The notes beneath the pieces were generated by a model. It did no database searches. It saw only the letters and a list, made by a program, of their open reading frames with translations, and was not told where the DNA came from. Source: Methanothermus fervidus DSM 2088 (GTDB lineage: Archaea > Methanobacteriota > Methanobacteria > DSM-2088 > Methanothermaceae). From it: a stretch of 32,000 nucleotides of DNA. The position numbers were made by a program, and so were the translations under genes. Below, in pieces: positions 30,555 through 32,000 of this stretch (position 1 is its first letter; each line of letters starts with the position of its first letter). The DNA lies in assembly GCA_000166095.1 (NCBI GenBank), contig CP002278.1, positions 630,001 through 662,000 of the forward strand, read 5' to 3'.

Positions 30555-31429
30555 TAAATCACCTTTGTTCCTTCATTGTCAACTTCAGTTAATATTACTT
30601 CGCCAGGATATGAATTCCATGCATCCACAACATTGTCAACTTTGTCATTGTCAACAATTGCAATGAAAGAAGGCCCTGTTCCTGAAAGCCCCGAAGCTAG
30701 TGCACCAGCATCCAGTGCATCAAAAATTATATCTGTGTTGAATCCAAGTGCAGAGGAATAAAGTATACCATTCAATGTTAAAGCCTTATAAATATTTTTA
30801 TTTAAAAGTTCTTTGAATGCAATATCTACCCATGGTGATATTAACTTCATTCTTTTTACATCTGCTTCAGCAGTGAAAGATTTTTTCTTAGGATTATATA
30901 TTACTACTTTTTTTTCATCCATTTTACCTTTATATATTATTTCCCTTCTTAAATTATCTGTTATTGTTAATCCTCCAAAAAATGATGCTGTGGCATCGTC
31001 AAAAGCCCCTGTTATTGTCACTCCTGCTTCTAATGATGAATCGATTGCTAATTCTATAATATCCATATCATCTAATTTTTCTGTGTCAAATTCTTCTGAA
31101 ATTAATTCATATACTGCCAAAGTAACTGCATTTGATGCCGCACTACTACTTGATAAACCTGAAGCCACTGGAAGATTTGATTCAGTTTTTATTTTTAATC
31201 CTGTTTTTACCCCTAAACGTTCTAAAACTTTTTTTGCACAAATTTCCATTAGTTTTGTGTCAACTTTAGGTTTTGTACTACATTTAATACCAGAATTAAT
31301 TATTTTAGCTTCAGCAGTAACATAAAGTTTTATTCCAAATGCTGATCCTTTTCCTGTGGCGATAGCATTAATAACTGTTGCTGAACCAGGAGATTTCACC
31401 TTTTTCTTAATAGATATCCCTCCAAACAA
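30554..31429 (-). CDS. aroK: Shikimate kinase, archaeal GHMP type
   Basis: 291 aa; [74 protein letters not shown]. The TTG at 31429 lies upstream of the only good GGAGG, so the true start is probably internal. Confidence 0.93.
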   Translation of the reverse strand: MFGGISIKKKVKSPGSATVINAIATGKGSAFGIKLYVTAEAKIINSGIKCSTKPKVDTKLMEICAKKVLERLGVKTGLKIKTESNLPVASGLSSSSAASNAVTLAVYELISEEFDTEKLDDMDIIELAIDSSLEAGVTITGAFDDATASFFGGLTITDNLRREIIYKGKMDEKKVVIYNPKKKSFTAEADVKRMKLISPWVDIAFKELLNKNIYKALTLNGILYSSALGFNTDIIFDALDAGALASGLSGTGPSFIAIVDNDKVDNVVDAWNSYPGEVILTEVDNEGTKVI

Positions 31430-31486
31430 AAATTTTTTCTAGCTTATTATATCATAATTTAGGAATAAAGATTTAGAGGTGATAAT

Positions 31487-31750
31487 GTGGTAGTAAAAAT
31501 AGAGATATTTACATCTCCCACATGCCCTCATTGTCCATCAGCCATTGCATTAGCCGAAGAAATTAAAGAAGAATATGGTAACAAAGTTGAAATTGAAGAA
31601 ATAGATGTGATGGAAAATAGAGAAAAGGCAATAGAATATGGTTTGTTAGCAGTTCCTACAATAGCAATAAATGGAGAAGTTAAATTTGTTGGAACTCCTT
31701 CTAAAGAAGAATTTAAAAGAGCTATTGAAGAAGAATTAAAAAATGAATAA
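31487..31750 (+). CDS. Small thioredoxin/glutaredoxin-like protein (CPHC active site)
   Basis: 87 aa; IEIFTSPTCPHCPSAIALAEEI, AIEYGLLAVPTIAINGEVKFVG; GTG start with GAGGTGAT upstream. Confidence 0.92.
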   Translation: MVVKIEIFTSPTCPHCPSAIALAEEIKEEYGNKVEIEEIDVMENREKAIEYGLLAVPTIAINGEVKFVGTPSKEEFKRAIEEELKNE

Positions 31751-32000
31751 AAGTAAGATAGGAATAACAACGGGTAGTGCAGCCACTGCAGCTGCAACTG
31801 CTTGTATTTTATTTTTAAAAAAATCTAAAAAACCTAAAATTGTAAATATTGATGCACCTGTAGGTAAATTAAAAATTGAAATAAAAAGTATAAAAAAAAT
31901 ATCTAAAAATGAAGCTGAAGCTTTAGTTGTCAAGAAAAAATATCCAGATCCTGATGTAACGATTGGACTTGAAATAGGAGCTAGAGTGAAACTTATAAAT
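31743..32000 (+). CDS. cbiD: Cobalt-precorrin-5B C1-methyltransferase, N-terminal part (truncated by window end)
   Basis: ATG at 31743 gives MNKSKIGITTGSAATAATAACILFLKKSKKPKIVNIDAPVGKLKIEIKS...ARVKLIN, open to window end; overlaps the thioredoxin-like gene by 8 nt. Missing from the ORF track, presumably because it has no stop. Confidence 0.9.
   Translation, partial: MNKSKIGITTGSAATAAATACILFLKKSKKPKIVNIDAPVGKLKIEIKSIKKISKNEAEALVVKKKYPDPDVTIGLEIGARVKLIN

Overview
AT-rich archaeal chromosomal segment. It is most consistent with a methanogenic euryarchaeon of the Methanobacteria type; this is inferred from split RNA polymerase genes and from the gene order asd-dapB-dapA-lysC-rps17e-aroQ-aroK-trx-cbiD. 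On the minus strand, 7-8593 holds the rpoH-rpoB2-rpoB1-rpoA1-rpoA2-rpl30e-nusA-rps12 operon. It is preceded by four tRNA genes (Thr, Pro, Asp, Lys). Then come a Trm14-like methyltransferase, 4-phosphopantoate--beta-alanine ligase, UPF0200-like and UPF0201-like genes (plus strand). About 12-19.4 kb (minus strand) is an accessory block of proteins with a short polar N-terminus, a K/R-G site and a hydrophobic helix, resembling type IV pilins, plus membrane proteins and a DPH6-like ATP pyrophosphatase. An HTH regulator and tiaS diverge from only 20 bp carrying a perfect palindrome. tiaS is followed by a tightly coupled metabolic cassette: MmgE/PrpD, a TIM-barrel/U32-like protein, a fumarase-alpha-like protein and a short citrate-synthase/citryl-CoA-lyase-like protein. 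The rest is lysine/threonine and aromatic amino acid biosynthesis, a thioredoxin-like gene and the 5' end of cbiD. The two regions most worth follow-up are the pilin-like locus (about 12.6-19.4 kb) and the PrpD/U32-like/FumA/citryl-CoA lyase cassette (21.6-25.5 kb). All family calls are from recognition of the translated sequences; no database search was run.
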